Assembly: GCA_964016885.1 (NCBI GenBank)
Contig: OZ024750.1
Location: forward strand, 15,252,001 to 15,316,000
Source of the DNA: Eledone cirrhosa
Taxonomy: Eukaryota
Reading direction: 5' to 3'
DNA: 64,000 nucleotides
The notes beneath the pieces were generated by a model. That model was given only the letters and a program-made list of their open reading frames with translations, searched no databases and was not told where the DNA came from. Positions 42,036 through 55,342 of the stretch are shown in pieces (position 1 is the stretch's first letter; every line of letters starts with the position of its first letter). Made by a program: the position numbers and the translations under genes.

Positions 42036-42645
42036 TCATTAGTTAAGCAAAACAAGACCACAAAGTTCACAAGGAAGACATTATTAAAAGATTGTCAACA
42101 TATTTTAGTTTGATGTAAGGAATGTAGAGAATAATAATAATAATATTAATAATAATAATGTCCGTTTACAATTGTTTCGCTACTCCATATAATATTTCTG
42201 GATCAAATGATTATAGATCATTATTGATCTGGTTCAGTTGAAAATAATTAACTTAGGTAAAATTAGAGCAGCTTATCGGAACTTCAAAAGGCGACCATCT
42301 TGTTAACCATAGGCGGATCTCACACAATGCAGCCTCGACAGAAGAATACTGCTCGACTATGGCAGACAATAGATATACCCAGGACACCATAGTGAAGTTC
42401 CGATGAGCTGCTCTAATTTTACCTAAGTTAATTATTTTCAACTGAACCAGATCAATAATGATCTATAATCATTTGATCCAGAAATATTATATGGAGTAGC
42501 GGAACAATTGTAAACGGACATTATTATTATTAATATTATTATTATTATTCTCTACATTCCTTACATCAAACTAAAATATGTTGACAATCTTTTAATAATG
42601 TCTTCCTTGTGAAATGTGTGGTCTTGTTTTGCTTAACTAATGAAT
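42034..42645. repeat. Large inverted repeat (~253 bp arms, 106 bp spacer)
   Basis: Arms 42034-42286 and 42393-42645 are near-perfect reverse complements; the left arm abuts (TA)n. Confidence 0.95.
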
Positions 42646-42823
42646 ATTTACAGCTCTGTGCACCTAACACCTGCATGAACCCAGCCACCTAGCTGCCTTC
42701 CACTGCATATTTCACATTGAGCACATGCCTTTACGCTTTGGCTTCTAACTAATTCACCAATCTCTCTTCTCCTATCTCCTCTCCTATCTCCATCTCTCTC
42801 TTTAAGATTGGTTACTCTTGAAC

Positions 42824-42886
<63 letters not shown>

Positions 42887-42946
42887 GTATATATATATAT
42901 ATGTATATATACATGAATAATATATATATATGGATAATATATATAT

Positions 42947-43062
42947 AAGGTGAAACAATTGTTCTCGGTATGTTGAACTAACTGTTGTGTAAGCACTTCT
43001 ACCTAACTCGTCCCATGGACTGAGTGCTCTACCACTACGGATATTACCTTCCAGTGTTCTAC

Positions 43063-43066
<4 letters not shown>
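42947..43066 (+). mobile_element. (TA)n-flanked element starting in the 3' half of a hammerhead
   Basis: ggt GAA ACAATTGT T (palindromic stem III), then ~100 nt tail. Confidence 0.5.
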
Positions 43067-43114
<48 letters not shown>

Positions 43115-43210
43115 GAATATATACATATAAATACATACACATGAATAATATATATGGGTAATATATATATCTATATGTATGTATATATATATATAAATAT
43201 ATATATGTAC

Positions 43211-43274
<64 letters not shown>

Positions 43275-43795
43275 ATACGTATATATGGGAATGTGTATGC
43301 ATTAGTCATAAAACATAATGGAAGTAATGGCAAGGGAGTAATCTATAAGAGTTCACTAGATTACAACAAAAACGGTTTGGTTCAATTAAGAATGACTATT
43401 TAACTGATTTAACCTTAAAGACATTGCGAAAGTGACATTCCCTTGTGATCAGTTAGCTGACATACACCCACTTATCACGACTTGCTAACCGATAACAAAC
43501 TAATACCATTTCATCGCAACATTATTTCTGATAGAAACAGAGGTTATAAATATTTCTACACATTACATTTAACAATCAACTGTTACACACAGGAGAAATA
43601 AAAGCTAAAATCTAAAAAAAAAAAAAAATGTATAGTAATTTTATTGGAAGATTTCATATTTCGCTCTTCATGAATAATTCATTATGCCAGTATTAGTCCA
43701 AGTTGCATGGATTCAATAATTCTGTGGAAAATTATACATTTTTATTAAAAATACACATTTCAGAAATTCTGGTATTCATGTTCGTAAAGAAAATA

Positions 43796-43831
<36 letters not shown>

Positions 43832-43856
43832 GGTATAGAAAACATTGTAGCGAAAA

Positions 43857-43954
<98 letters not shown>

Positions 43955-44033
43955 CATATTTATAAAGATATATATACATATATATATAGATATATAGATT
44001 TATTCATTTATGTATACACACACACACACACAG

Positions 44034-44121
<88 letters not shown>

Positions 44122-44700
44122 ACGTGCGTGGAAGTATGATCGTTTCAATAGCTGTTTTAATCCTTTGATCTCAAATTTTTTTTTGTTAAATTCATCCGTC
44201 GTTATTACTGTGTATTACACAAGCTTTTATATTTTTTAAAATAGACATTCAAATATCCCTACGTGATGAATGACATGGTGTGTATTGTCAGTGTCATTGT
44301 TATTACTGCAGTAGATCTGATTTTACGGATATCGTGCCTTAAAAGGCTCATTCTGTGCAGCTCTTTATAAAACCATTTATAATTTTTAATGCGAACTTTT
44401 GTTTCCGCCATAATATTCTGCTTCCCAGCTTTCTGGTTTTATTCACAATTTTTTTTAAATATTTATTTTCTATTCTCCCTCTTCATCTCCATCAGCTTCA
44501 TTCATAGAATTTCTTCTTCTTCTTCTTCTTCTTCTTCTTCTTCTTCTTCTTCTTCTTCTTCTTCTTCTTCTTCTTCTTCTTCTTCTTCACCATTATATAT
44601 ATGTGCGCGTGTGTGTATGTGTGCGTGTGTGTGTATGTGTGTATTGTGCATGTAAGAATAGTATTAACAATTCTAGGCGTTTATACTAGCATCGGTATAG

Positions 44701-44731
<31 letters not shown>

Positions 44732-44782
44732 GAGAGAGAGAGAGAGAGGGGGGAAGAGAGAGAGGAGGGGGATAGGTAGATT

Positions 44783-44824
<42 letters not shown>

Positions 44825-45181
44825 TATAAACTTAACAGTATATAACCTTGTCGTGGTTATAAAGGATGTCAAGAGAATGAGATCTGAAAGAGATGACAAA
44901 AGCAGGGCTCTATTCAACGAATTACGTGGAAATAAATAAATAGTAAAGTTAGGATTCATTGGGAATACAAGACTTAAAGCCTTCTGTCAAATGCATTGAG
45001 GTATTTACATCTTAAATTGTCCTTTATCACATCTCTCTCCACCTCATGGAGAATAGAAAGCACATAATCATCATCAACATTATCACCATCGTCATCATTC
45101 TCACCGTTTGCGTCATCATCATCATAATCATCATCAAAATCACCACCATTATCATTATTATTACTACTACCTACTATATGA

Positions 45182-45356
45182 GGGCGGTGGATTGGCAGTA
45201 GAGGGTCGGACGCCATGCTTTGCATCATGGAGTTATGGCCCTTTGCGGTCTGAGTTCAAATCTCACGGAGGTTAACTTTGCCTTTCATCGATAAAATAAA
45301 GCACCAGTAATGCACTGGGGTAATTGCTGGCCTTGTGTCAAAAGTAGAAACTATTA
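45182..45356 (+). mobile_element. tRNA-SINE with small deletions
   Basis: Head, core and tail. Confidence 0.9.
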
Positions 45357-45649
45357 TTACTACTACTATTATAACTGTTGTTGTTGTCGGACTGTTAGCC
45401 ACACTGTTTACGATCTGTAAGTTTTCTTGAGTTTCGACCGTTTGTGATAAGTTTTTATTTGGAAATATTGTTTAATTCTGTGGTTAAACCAAGCAAATGC
45501 TAAGAGAGTTGGTCGTTTTTTTCCTTACTTTTGGCTTCTAAAGGACTAAAGATACATTTTTATTTTTTGTTGCTTTGCCCTGCAGATTTTAACAAAATAA
45601 CACGGCAGATGCCGAAGTTTCTTCACCCAGGGTTAGGGTTTCAATGTCG

Positions 45650-45900
45650 AATGTCTTAACTTCATTACTCCAGCATTTCAAGATCTCATATACTGTATAT
45701 AATCTGTTTAAGCCCCTAATTTTTCTTCTTTTCATTCAATTCTGGTGTCAAAAGGGCGCACTGCGTCTATGAAGATACAGTTTCTTTCTTTCTTCCCAAT
45801 TACAACAATATCTGGTCTGTTGTGTTCAATCTTCATATCGGTCTGAATTAGGAAGTCCCATAAGAGCTCTATCGTATCGTTCTCTAGCTCTCTCATCTAT
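45650..45900 (-). pseudogene. R4/Dong-like restriction-like endonuclease fragment
   Basis: ELLWDFLIQTDMKIEHNRPDIVVIGKKERNCIFIDAVRPFDTRIE*KEEK. Confidence 0.88.
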
Positions 45901-46884
45901 ATATATTGCCTTATAACTGACAATTAATGATCACCCTTGTCGGTGTCGTTGGTTCATTTGGCTATTGATTTCATTCTTTTGTATAAGTACACTCATCTAC
46001 GTGTGTGTTTGTGCATTTGTGTGTGTGTGTGCACGTGTGTTTGTGCATTTGTGTGTGTGTGTGCACGTGTGTGTGTGTAATTATGTACAAGCGTGGTGTC
46101 ACGAGTTAGACTTTATTTAAAGATAATTCCTTTTTTTTTCAGTTGGCCGCCATTTGTAGATAATTTGATATGCAACAGGAAGTAATACTGATATAGCCTC
46201 ATAAGTTATGTTTTCATTTCTTCGAGATAGAACTGTCATGTATTGTATATATAATATTAAAATTGAACGAGTGTATTTCTCTTTGTGTGTTTTTCAAATT
46301 CGGCAAAAACAGCCCATCGTATCAAAATATATGTTGATTAATGGATTCTAAACCACAAGCGTTTTGCCCAAAATAGCTTCCACTATATTTCTTCAACTAG
46401 AACTCTTAAAAGGGAAGACTATAAATCAACAAAGAAAATTAATTTGCAGTTATTAATGGAGCAGTTAATACATAAAATGATATGCGTGTACAAACGCACT
46501 AGTACTTACGAAAACTGACAGAAACAAAACTTCCTATACATACACACATCTTATCACGAACGCTTGCAAACACATATTTAAAGCATTCTACAATAGATAA
46601 ACACGCATACATGCAAACAATACATAGAGATATTCACAAGACATACACGTTATTAAATACATTGACATTTCAAAGCTCACACACAATTATAAATCATGGG
46701 ATTGTAACTTCTTTCACTGGGAAGATGTGACGATGAAATTAACAAATTAGAAATACTTCCGTTCTTTAAATACTTTCAGCCTTTATTTTTTTTTATTTTG
46801 GGCGTCGATTCTTCCACTATATATCTTTCTCATTTCCTCTCCCTCACTTTCTATCTTTCTCTGGAGTAAATTTGTCGTGCTTAG

Positions 46885-46976
46885 ACGGATGGGCACCGTC
46901 AGGCTTCAAAAATGCCCAAGAAACGCCGTATGCCAGTACAGCGTTCCAACGATTCCATCAGGAGTTACGGAACTAA
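46885..46976 (+). CDS. Candidate terminal exon (D)GWAPSGFKNAQETPYASTAFQRFHQELRN*
   Basis: Long pyrimidine tract, cttag| acceptor, GC-richer than flanks; phase 1 matches the 40512 donor; AATAAA at ~47069. Confidence 0.4.
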
Positions 46977-47524
46977 AGAGAAAACTATTGAAATTTATAT
47001 TAACGAAAGTATTTTCGTTTGCTGAATCCGAAACTAACATAACATATCTGAAACTAAATTACATTCCGAATAAAACATTTGAAAACAATACATGTTTGTG
47101 TGTATGCGATATTTTCATATATCATATTGAATTCTCTACCGCCGAATTGTGAAATGTGTCAATGAAAGATGGTACTGAGCAAAAATTCTCTCATATTATA
47201 ATTTTCAATAACAATGACCAAGTCGAAATCAACATAGATAAAGAACAATAACAGTATCTTGTAATATAGTAATATTTCATAACGCAGAGCTACGTCTTCC
47301 ATAGTTGAATGGATGACTGAATAATTACAACTAAAGTCGACAATAGTAGACAAATTTCACTTGGTTGATATAAACATTTAATTAAAATACTGATAAGATG
47401 ATATGTTTTCAGAAATTTAATATAGATCGATTTGTATAAAGTACAAAATATTATTTCGATGACGATAGCAAACTTTATATATATCGTAGAGCAAACAATA
47501 TTGGTATTCACTTATATCAAATAC

Positions 47525-47740
47525 AGTGGATTAACAGAATTAGTAAACTAACAGACAAAATCATTCGCGTGATTTAGTTACAGTTCTCTACGTTGTGAGT
47601 TCAAATCCCGCCGAAGTTAAATTTGCCTTTCGTCCTTCAAGGGTCGATAAAATAAAGTACCAGTTAAGTGCTGGCTTCGATCTTATTGACTTCCCCTTCC
47701 GTTCACACTTCAGATCTTGTGCCTAAATAAGAAACGATCA
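47525..47740 (+). mobile_element. Older tRNA-SINE
   Basis: B box and core. Confidence 0.85.
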
Positions 47741-48588
47741 TTTTACGTATATCGTCTGTCAAGACATACACACACGCAAACATATGTATATCTGCTTGAT
47801 CGATCTTACTTTAAACTTCAAACATTTACCAATACACAAACGTAGATTAGATATAGTCAATTAATATTACTTATATAGTCTACTTCCTGAACCCATACCC
47901 TACATTTTATCAATTAATATTACTTGTGTGGTTTAATTCCTGAACCAAACCACTATATATTATCAAGACGCCAAACGTTAATCCTAGAATGTAGATTTTA
48001 AAACATATCGTACTGAACTGCTTGACAAATGCTTCAAATATGTCCACTCAGTTTCACCTTTTGCAATAAAAGAATTCTAAACATCAACCTGTCTTAGAAA
48101 ATCTTATGTGTCAAAATTGTTCTCATATATTTGTCTTTGCATCAAGAAGTGAATGATCTATTTTATATTAAATCAATGCAGATAGAGTTATAAGTTTTGG
48201 ACAATACTGTTCGTACATATCCAAATGTTTCCTGTAAAGTACTGAAATAATTTTCGAAGATGCTTAATATTACTCATTCCTATTCTACTATAATTCAACA
48301 TTGGAATTCCAAACATTTGTTGTCTTACTGCCTTTCTAGTTTGCTCTGTGATTTGTTTGATTGCATAGTAAATTAGTTGTTTTCATATTTATTGTAAAGT
48401 TGCCAGATGAGAAGTACAATTATTTACCTATTGCCAAGAAGGTCTAATTATGGTCGTGAATCAAGGTTTTATGCAGCTGAGTAAATAAAACAGCCGCTTG
48501 AACCGTTATAATAGATTTTAGCAAATGTGAATAGTATGTCGATTGATAAATTAGACAATTAACAGTCTATCAAAATTCACGGTATATA

Positions 48589-48639
48589 TATTGGGTCGTC
48601 AAGTATGAAATTTCAGCAAATTTTATACTTGACGACTCG

Positions 48640-48642
<3 letters not shown>
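48589..48642. mobile_element. Tiny TIR-only hairpin (Tc1/mariner-like MITE)
   Basis: TATTGGGTCGTCAAGTATGAAA..TTTTATACTTGACGACTCGATA; TA ends. Confidence 0.6.
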
Positions 48643-48678
<36 letters not shown>

Positions 48679-48680
<2 letters not shown>

Positions 48681-49174
48681 TGTATACGTACATACATATA
48701 TGTATACAGACGTACAGTAGTATGTATATATATACATACATGCACACACATATATATAAGTACGTATGGGTTTACCGAACAAACAGCCCGAATTATTAGC
48801 CACACAGTGTTCGGCAACCATCGTTGCCATTTTGTTCAGCACTGACAAAGGAACGATGAACTAGTTTCTAGCTTATTAACTGTCATCAGCACCGTATACC
48901 TTCCTGTCAGTTGATTGAACGTTTGAAAGTATATACTTTCCTTATGCATATTAACGGCTGAGCAGCCTAATTTGCATATCGAATGAGTTAGTCGGCCGGG
49001 AGGGGCGTACCGAAAACGGTAAATGGAAAAAATTAAATTTCATTTCTCACTCTTAGTACGGCTGATACTTAAATATAAGTATGTATACGTACATACATAT
49101 ATGTATACAGACGTACAGTAGTACATATACATACATGCACACATATATATATGTATGTATGGGTTTACCGAACA
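48679..49174 (-). mobile_element. Partial-tandem (~1.25 unit) pLTR/retrozyme-like element
   Basis: ~100 bp direct repeats 48679-48781 and 49080-49174 ending TATGGGTTTACCGAACA; internal hammerhead; begins at (TA)n. Confidence 0.75.
48853..48895 (-). ncRNA. Minimal type I hammerhead
   Basis: acggtg CTGATGA c-agtt-aata-agct-a GAA ACTAGT T catcgt. Confidence 0.8.
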
Positions 49175-49201
49175 GTTATTATAATGCTCGGTTTGTTTAT
49201 A

Positions 49202-49246
<45 letters not shown>

Positions 49247-49251
<5 letters not shown>

Positions 49252-49450
49252 AATAATAATAAATTTGAAGACTAAAATCCAAAGAGGGCTCGATAAGGAT
49301 AAATATATATCAAATATGTAAGAACCCTAGAGCAAATATTTATTAAAATGACAGATTAAAGTTTAAGCAAAGAATCGCTGCTTTCACCCTTAAACTAAAA
49401 AAATCAATTTGTGAACGCAGAAGTAAATATTTCGAAAAACGCTGCAACCG
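49247..49450 (-). mobile_element. Family D copy with hammerhead core deleted
   Basis: CACCCTTAA joined to ACTAAAAAAATC; CGGGATCTTCTGAA missing. Confidence 0.85.
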
Positions 49451-49486
49451 TGTATATAATTATATAATTATATGTATACACACACG

Positions 49487-49560
<74 letters not shown>

Positions 49561-49894
49561 GTGTATTTGGTGTATACGTTCGTATGTGTGCGGGTACAGG
49601 TGTCGCGCGGGTTTATGTATGCGCGCGCGTGTTTATGTGTACGTGCTTGTTTATGCATGCATGGCGAGTGTTTTCGCGTATGCATGTGTATGTACGTATA
49701 TGGATGCGAGTATATATATATTTAATTATTGTTGATTTCAATAACCTCTGTCATTTTCGTTCTACTAATTTATTTATATTATTCTCAACTCTGAAGCCGA
49801 GAGTCATTCGGTTTCCTAAATAGAATATTAGTCTAGGACTTCATTTATACCATAAACATATTTTTGTCTTTGCGTGTAATTGTTCTCGACGGTC

Positions 49895-50097
49895 CATACA
49901 ATGACGTATTATCTTCGCTTTTTTCCGTTCATTGCCAGGGAACGTCTTCACGAACCAAAGTATCGTCTTCCTGTTTTCCTCCGGTTGCAACGTTTTTCGA
50001 AATATTTACGTCTGCGTTCACAGATTGATTTTTTTAGTTTCAGAAGATCCCGTTAAGGGTGAAAGCATCGATTCTTTGCTTAAATTTTAATCTGTTA

Positions 50098-50104
<7 letters not shown>
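49895..50104 (+). mobile_element. Family D copy with intact U4A hammerhead at 50036-50086
   Basis: agttt CAGAAGA tccc-gttaa-gggt GAA Agca..tgcT T aaatt; ends at the short terminus into (TA)n. Confidence 0.88.
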
Positions 50105-50173
<69 letters not shown>

Positions 50174-50269
50174 GGAGGTGAGTTTTATTGTAGTACAATA
50201 AAGCAATGCAGATATCGGATAAGAAGCACTCTACAGTTTGTGGGACTGGAGTATACATAATATATAAGA

Positions 50270-50433
50270 ACATGTTGATTTAAAACTGAACTATCGACAA
50301 GTGTTTTTTAGCCTTCATATCATGTCCTCCTGTTTTATCTGATGAAAACACAAATATTATTGCATGATGAGATTTGTTTTTAAAATGCCCATAATAAAAT
50401 ACATGGAACTCCTTTAACCATCTTTTGTTCTTG

Positions 50434-50437
<4 letters not shown>
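50270..50437 (+). mobile_element. Family B copy (hammerhead GAAA changed to TAAA)
   Basis: Homologous to 21894-22060; followed by (TA)n. Confidence 0.85.
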
Positions 50438-50491
<54 letters not shown>

Positions 50492-50802
50492 AGAGAGAGA
50501 GACAGAGAGAGAGAGAGAAAGAGAGAAAGAGAGATATAGAGAGGGAGGGAGAGAGAGAGACACACACACACCCACAAACACACACACATACATATTATAT
50601 ATATATATATATATATATAATGTAGATACTTTGATACTAGGTGGTAGGGAACGTGTTTACAGGTCATTTGAATATTATTCAGAATAGTGATCTTGGCAAT
50701 GCATTCAAGACATAGCAAGCCTGTTAGAGTGAACGGGTCTATGTTAAGTATAATTGTTTTAAGTTCGAGTGATGATTATGTGAATAATACGATATGGCTA
50801 AT

Positions 50803-51141
50803 AATTGTTTTTACTTTTGGAACAAGACCAGCAATTAACCCAGTGTATTACTGGTAATTTATTTTATCGACCTCGTAAGAATGAAAGCCAAAGTTAATCT
50901 CGGTGGGATTTGAACTCAGATCGTAATAACAATAATAATAAAATTGTAATATAATAATTGTTTCTACTTTTGGAACAAGGCCAGCAATTAACACCAGTGT
51001 ATTACTGGTAATTTATGTTATCGACCTCGTAAGAATGAAAGGCAAAGTTAACCTCGACGGGATTTGAACTCAAACTGTAAAGGGACGTAACTATGCTAGA
51101 AAGCATGGCGTCCCACCCTCTACCGATACTGCCAATTCACC
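50803..51141 (-). mobile_element. Two tandem tRNA-SINE copies (50803-50925, 50955-51141)
   Basis: Minus-strand core and tail twice. Confidence 0.9.
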
Positions 51142-51560
51142 AATGCTTTCGAGACATAGACGAAAGCAGTCAGTGGCATGGTTATGAATGGGATGCGAAA
51201 GTTTGGTTCGGTTGGGTTAGTGGTATTGATAATAGCTTTAGTGGTAGTGAGACATACAGGTTACTGTGGGAGGATATCTGTTCACTGTTTAAGAGGCTTA
51301 AGCCGATTGACAAAGAGGATCTAGGAGACAATGGTTTCCATTGACTTTCCTTTGTTGGTCCTATCTGTCTGGCGTAAGTCTAAGCAGATAGCTATATATA
51401 CATGGGAAAGAGGAGAGAACAAGGGAAAGATTTATGCACAACGTCTTATATTTGAAAGATACATTCCTATGAGGAACGTTTTAGGGGTAAACTGAATATT
51501 TTTTTCTTGGTTCCAATTAAAATTATGCGATCCGGTGATAAGAGTCACTTTTGCCGTATG

Positions 51561-51597
<37 letters not shown>

Positions 51598-51601
<4 letters not shown>

Positions 51602-52114
51602 GTTGGCACCCTTAACTCACGGTTGGGTGCGGATGCATTCATGTATATGTGTGTGTCCGCATGTATCTGTGTGTTTCTAAATATATTGTTAATAACTCCC
51701 TCTGGTCGAGCAATCTTTGAAGTGTATGGACTGCTGGAAAGCTTCCATTACTCATACTTCTCGTCTCCTTCACCACCTCTTCTACGGCTTCGATATAAAT
51801 ACCCCCTCCGCCTCCGTGGTATTTTCTTCGGGGTTATAGGAGGCTTAGCTCTGTTTCTCGACCGTTATATCGCGTGACTATCTCCCCCTCCGCCTTTTGG
51901 GATTCTTTCTCACGTCGTGTAGACGCGTTCTTGAGACTAGTAAAATGAGGTATCCTCTTGATAAGTCGGCAGACCTCGCAAGGACTCTATATCTTTATGA
52001 TGTATTGTTTTTGTTTATGCCACGAAACTACGTAGTCGAGGAATTTAGGAGCAGTTTAGATATGATACATTTTATTACTAATTATATCTAAATGTTTCTG
52101 CTCTCTTCATAATG

Positions 52115-52118
<4 letters not shown>
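51598..52118 (+). mobile_element. (TA)n-flanked pLTR-like element with U3-A8 hammerhead at 51953-52042
   Basis: tcctc TTGATAA gt-c-ggca..tgcc-ac GAA ACTACGTAGT C gagga. Confidence 0.8.
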
Positions 52119-52198
<80 letters not shown>

Positions 52199-52275
52199 TG
52201 TGTGTGTGGGGGGGGGGGTATGTATGCATGTATGTATGCATGTATGCATGCATGTATGTATGTATGTATGTATGT

Positions 52276-52880
52276 CAGGTCACCAGTGCTACTGGTAACA
52301 TGTATCCCAGTACAACCTGTCTCATGGTCGGGTCGTTGGCGACTAAACTGGCAACCCCAGCAAGGTTTCTTGGTGAGGAGGGTGACTTTGGACATCCTGA
52401 CGGACTAAAAGCAAAACCTGTCAAAGGGCAAAGGAGCTCTTAAGAGTCAATGGCCATCCAAAATCACCGGGAGAGATGACCCCTTAGCCTTTGTCAAGGC
52501 AGAATTCTAGGAGAAGGAAAACTCTGATATAACACCTGCAACCCTGATGGTATCCAATGATGTTGACTTGTTCTTCTTTTTGGTAAATATCATCTTGGTT
52601 AAGAGAGTGGGACTGGCTTTGTGCAGTGCCTTTGTTCACTATAAAAGCTTCACGGCACAGGCATTGCTTTATATCTGGAGATCTCTCTGCACTTGCCGTC
52701 ACATGGTACCATGGGCCCAGCACTATGTGTCAATAATTGTCACAAGTGTAGTGTTTGTACCAGAGTTTTCAAGTCACTGGCTGGACTAAAAAGTCACACT
52801 CGTTCAGCGCATCGGTAGGAGTTCTCCTACATGGATATAAAGTAGTGGCCGTACTCGAAAACGAGTTGGCAGCCACCATG
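52276..52880 (+). mobile_element. Internally deleted (bipartite) RTE-like element with (ATGT)n tail
   Basis: 5' block shared with 7620-7800; C-terminal C2H2 finger KCSVCTRVFKSLAGLKSHTRSAH at ~52744-52812; (ATGT)n on both sides. Confidence 0.7.
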
Positions 52881-53240
52881 TATGTATTTATGTATGTATG
52901 TATGTATATATGCATGTATGTATGTATACATGTACGTATTTATCTATATCTATATGTATGCATGTATATATGTATGCATGTACGTATGTATCTATATCTA
53001 TATGTATATATGCATGTATGTATGTATACATGTACGTATTTATCTATATCTATATGTATATATGCATGTATGTATGTATACATGTACGTATGTATCTATA
53101 TCTATATGTATGCATGCATGTATATATGTATGCATGTACGTATTTATCTATATCTATATGTATATATGCATGTATGTATGTATACATGTACGTATGTATC
53201 TATATCTATATGTATGCATGTATGTATATATGTATTATCT
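52880..53240. repeat. Higher-order ~44-52 bp minisatellite derived from (ATGT)n
   Basis: Recurring CATGTACGTAT.TATCTATATCTATATGTAT. Confidence 0.9.
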
Positions 53241-53334
53241 ATGAGCGTGTATATACATACATGCTTCAGGAGCTTCGATAAACTAGATTAATTCTTACTA
53301 TAGCACACCGTACACCTTTGACTACAGATAGCAT

Positions 53335-53710
53335 TGGATTGGCAGTATCGGTGGAGGGTCGGACGCCATGCTTTCCAGCATAGTTACGTCCCTTTACGAT
53401 CTGAGTTCAAATCTCGCCGAGGTTGACTTTGCCTTTCATCCTTACGGGGTCGATAAAATAAAGTACCAGTAATGCACTGGGTAATTGCTGGCCTTGTGCC
53501 TAAAGTAGAAACAATTATTTAACGCGGTGGATTGGCAGTATCGGTGGAGGGTCGGACGCCATGCTTTCCAGCATAGTTACGTCCCTTTACGATCTGAGCT
53601 CAAATCCCGCCGAGGTTGACTTTGCCTTTCATCCTTACGGGGTCGATAAAATAAAGTACCAGTAATGCACTGGATAATTGCTGACCTTGTGCCTAAAGTA
53701 GAAACAATTA
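53335..53710 (+). mobile_element. Two near-identical tandem tRNA-SINEs
   Basis: Copies 53335-53518 and 53524-53710, each followed by ATTATTTAAC. Confidence 0.95.
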
Positions 53711-54802
53711 TTTAACTATAAGTTTAACCCCGAGGAAATATTTTAAGAGATATCTGTTGCTGTCAGTTAAATATATTTTTAGGTACTAAACAGTTACCTC
53801 ATTATCCACTTATATAAATGGAAACATCAAAATAATAAATATGCATTTCGACTAAGCGTGTGAAAATTTGCACACTGAAATCAAGTTGAATTATGATTAC
53901 TTTTATAACCTTTAATTAGTTTCTAAATGACCTAGCCAACCTTGCTTCATATAGGGACTCTGTTTTGTACATTTAATCACTATAAACAGATGGAACTATA
54001 ACACTTTACGAGATTGTTAGCTTGCAAAACTAAATAAAAATGTTTGTAGGTTTGATTTAGTCCAGATACACTATATAAAGTTGAATTCTTTAAATCTCAA
54101 ACGTGTATGAAGCACTTCAAATTTAGTAAACATTTATCGATTTTGAATTGTTATTAATCATTTTTGTCATTGGGTATGAGTGATTACTTTTATATAAGCT
54201 ATTAAATATTAACTTTTCATGATGGATATTAAAAATGAAATATTAACAATAAATGAGAAAATGCCATTTCATTTGTTTAGTGAACTTGTTGATATAATTT
54301 AAATTGATGTTTGTCTTGTTTTTGTGGTGATATTTACGTTAGTTGAGATGGAAGAGGTCAATTTAACTGATGTTTGCGTTCATAATTTTCTTTGTAATTT
54401 AACTTGTTTTGTTATATTTGTTTTTAAGAAAGCGGCTGAGTAAATTCAATGTCCCATTCAATTAATATAATATTTTATTTTCAAGTATTGCTGTGTTTGT
54501 TATTCAAACACAAGTCGGCGTTGATCAAGCAGACCTCTAATCCAAACGCATTCATGCCTTAACAATCCCGTATTTTTTCTAGAAATTATGTAACCCGGAG
54601 TAAATATTTGCTGTGTTCTGCTATTTTACAAAATCTTACTCCGTAGATTCGTATGTTCAGACATAAACTATACAGGTTTATGTTGTTTAGTTACGATAAA
54701 GAAAATAATATTCTAATATATTCTCTTATCAATCTTCGAGTTCATTTCATTCGAGATTGAAAGATAGAGAAACTAAAAATAACAGACGATAATGGTAGAT
54801 GC

Positions 54803-54803
<1 letters not shown>

Positions 54804-54836
<33 letters not shown>

Positions 54837-54878
54837 TGCAGCAGTAGTAGTAGTAGTAGTAGTAGTAGTAGTTGCAGC

Positions 54879-54924
<46 letters not shown>

Positions 54925-54993
54925 ACAGCAGCAGTAGTATTAGTAACAGCAGCAGAAGTAGTAGAAATAGTAGTAGTAATAGTAGTAGTAGTA
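54804..54993. repeat. (AGT)n with GCA interruptions
   Basis: Direct. Confidence 0.95.
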
Positions 54994-55342
54994 CTGTTGA
55001 TGGTGTTAATGGTGGAAGGGTAGTGATAGTAGTGGGGGGGGGATATAGTTGTTTGTTTGTAGTCATGGTAATGGTAGTGGTAGTGGTGGTGGTGGCAATA
55101 TTGTTCTCCACTTATCTTCATTTTCTTTATAATGATTTTGTAGGGGAGATAAATAGGTCTTCTTCCCCATGGAAACTTCCGGGTTCTGCGAATATAATAT
55201 TTACACACATCAAATCAACAATGATAGAATTTGATAGAATTTCCGTAGTCTTCCGAGAAAAACATTCAATCCACTTTCATCGTCTGCAAGTGGAGCTCGA
55301 AGGGTAAACCACTGCAGAATAATTCTTATGTTCGCATAAAAA

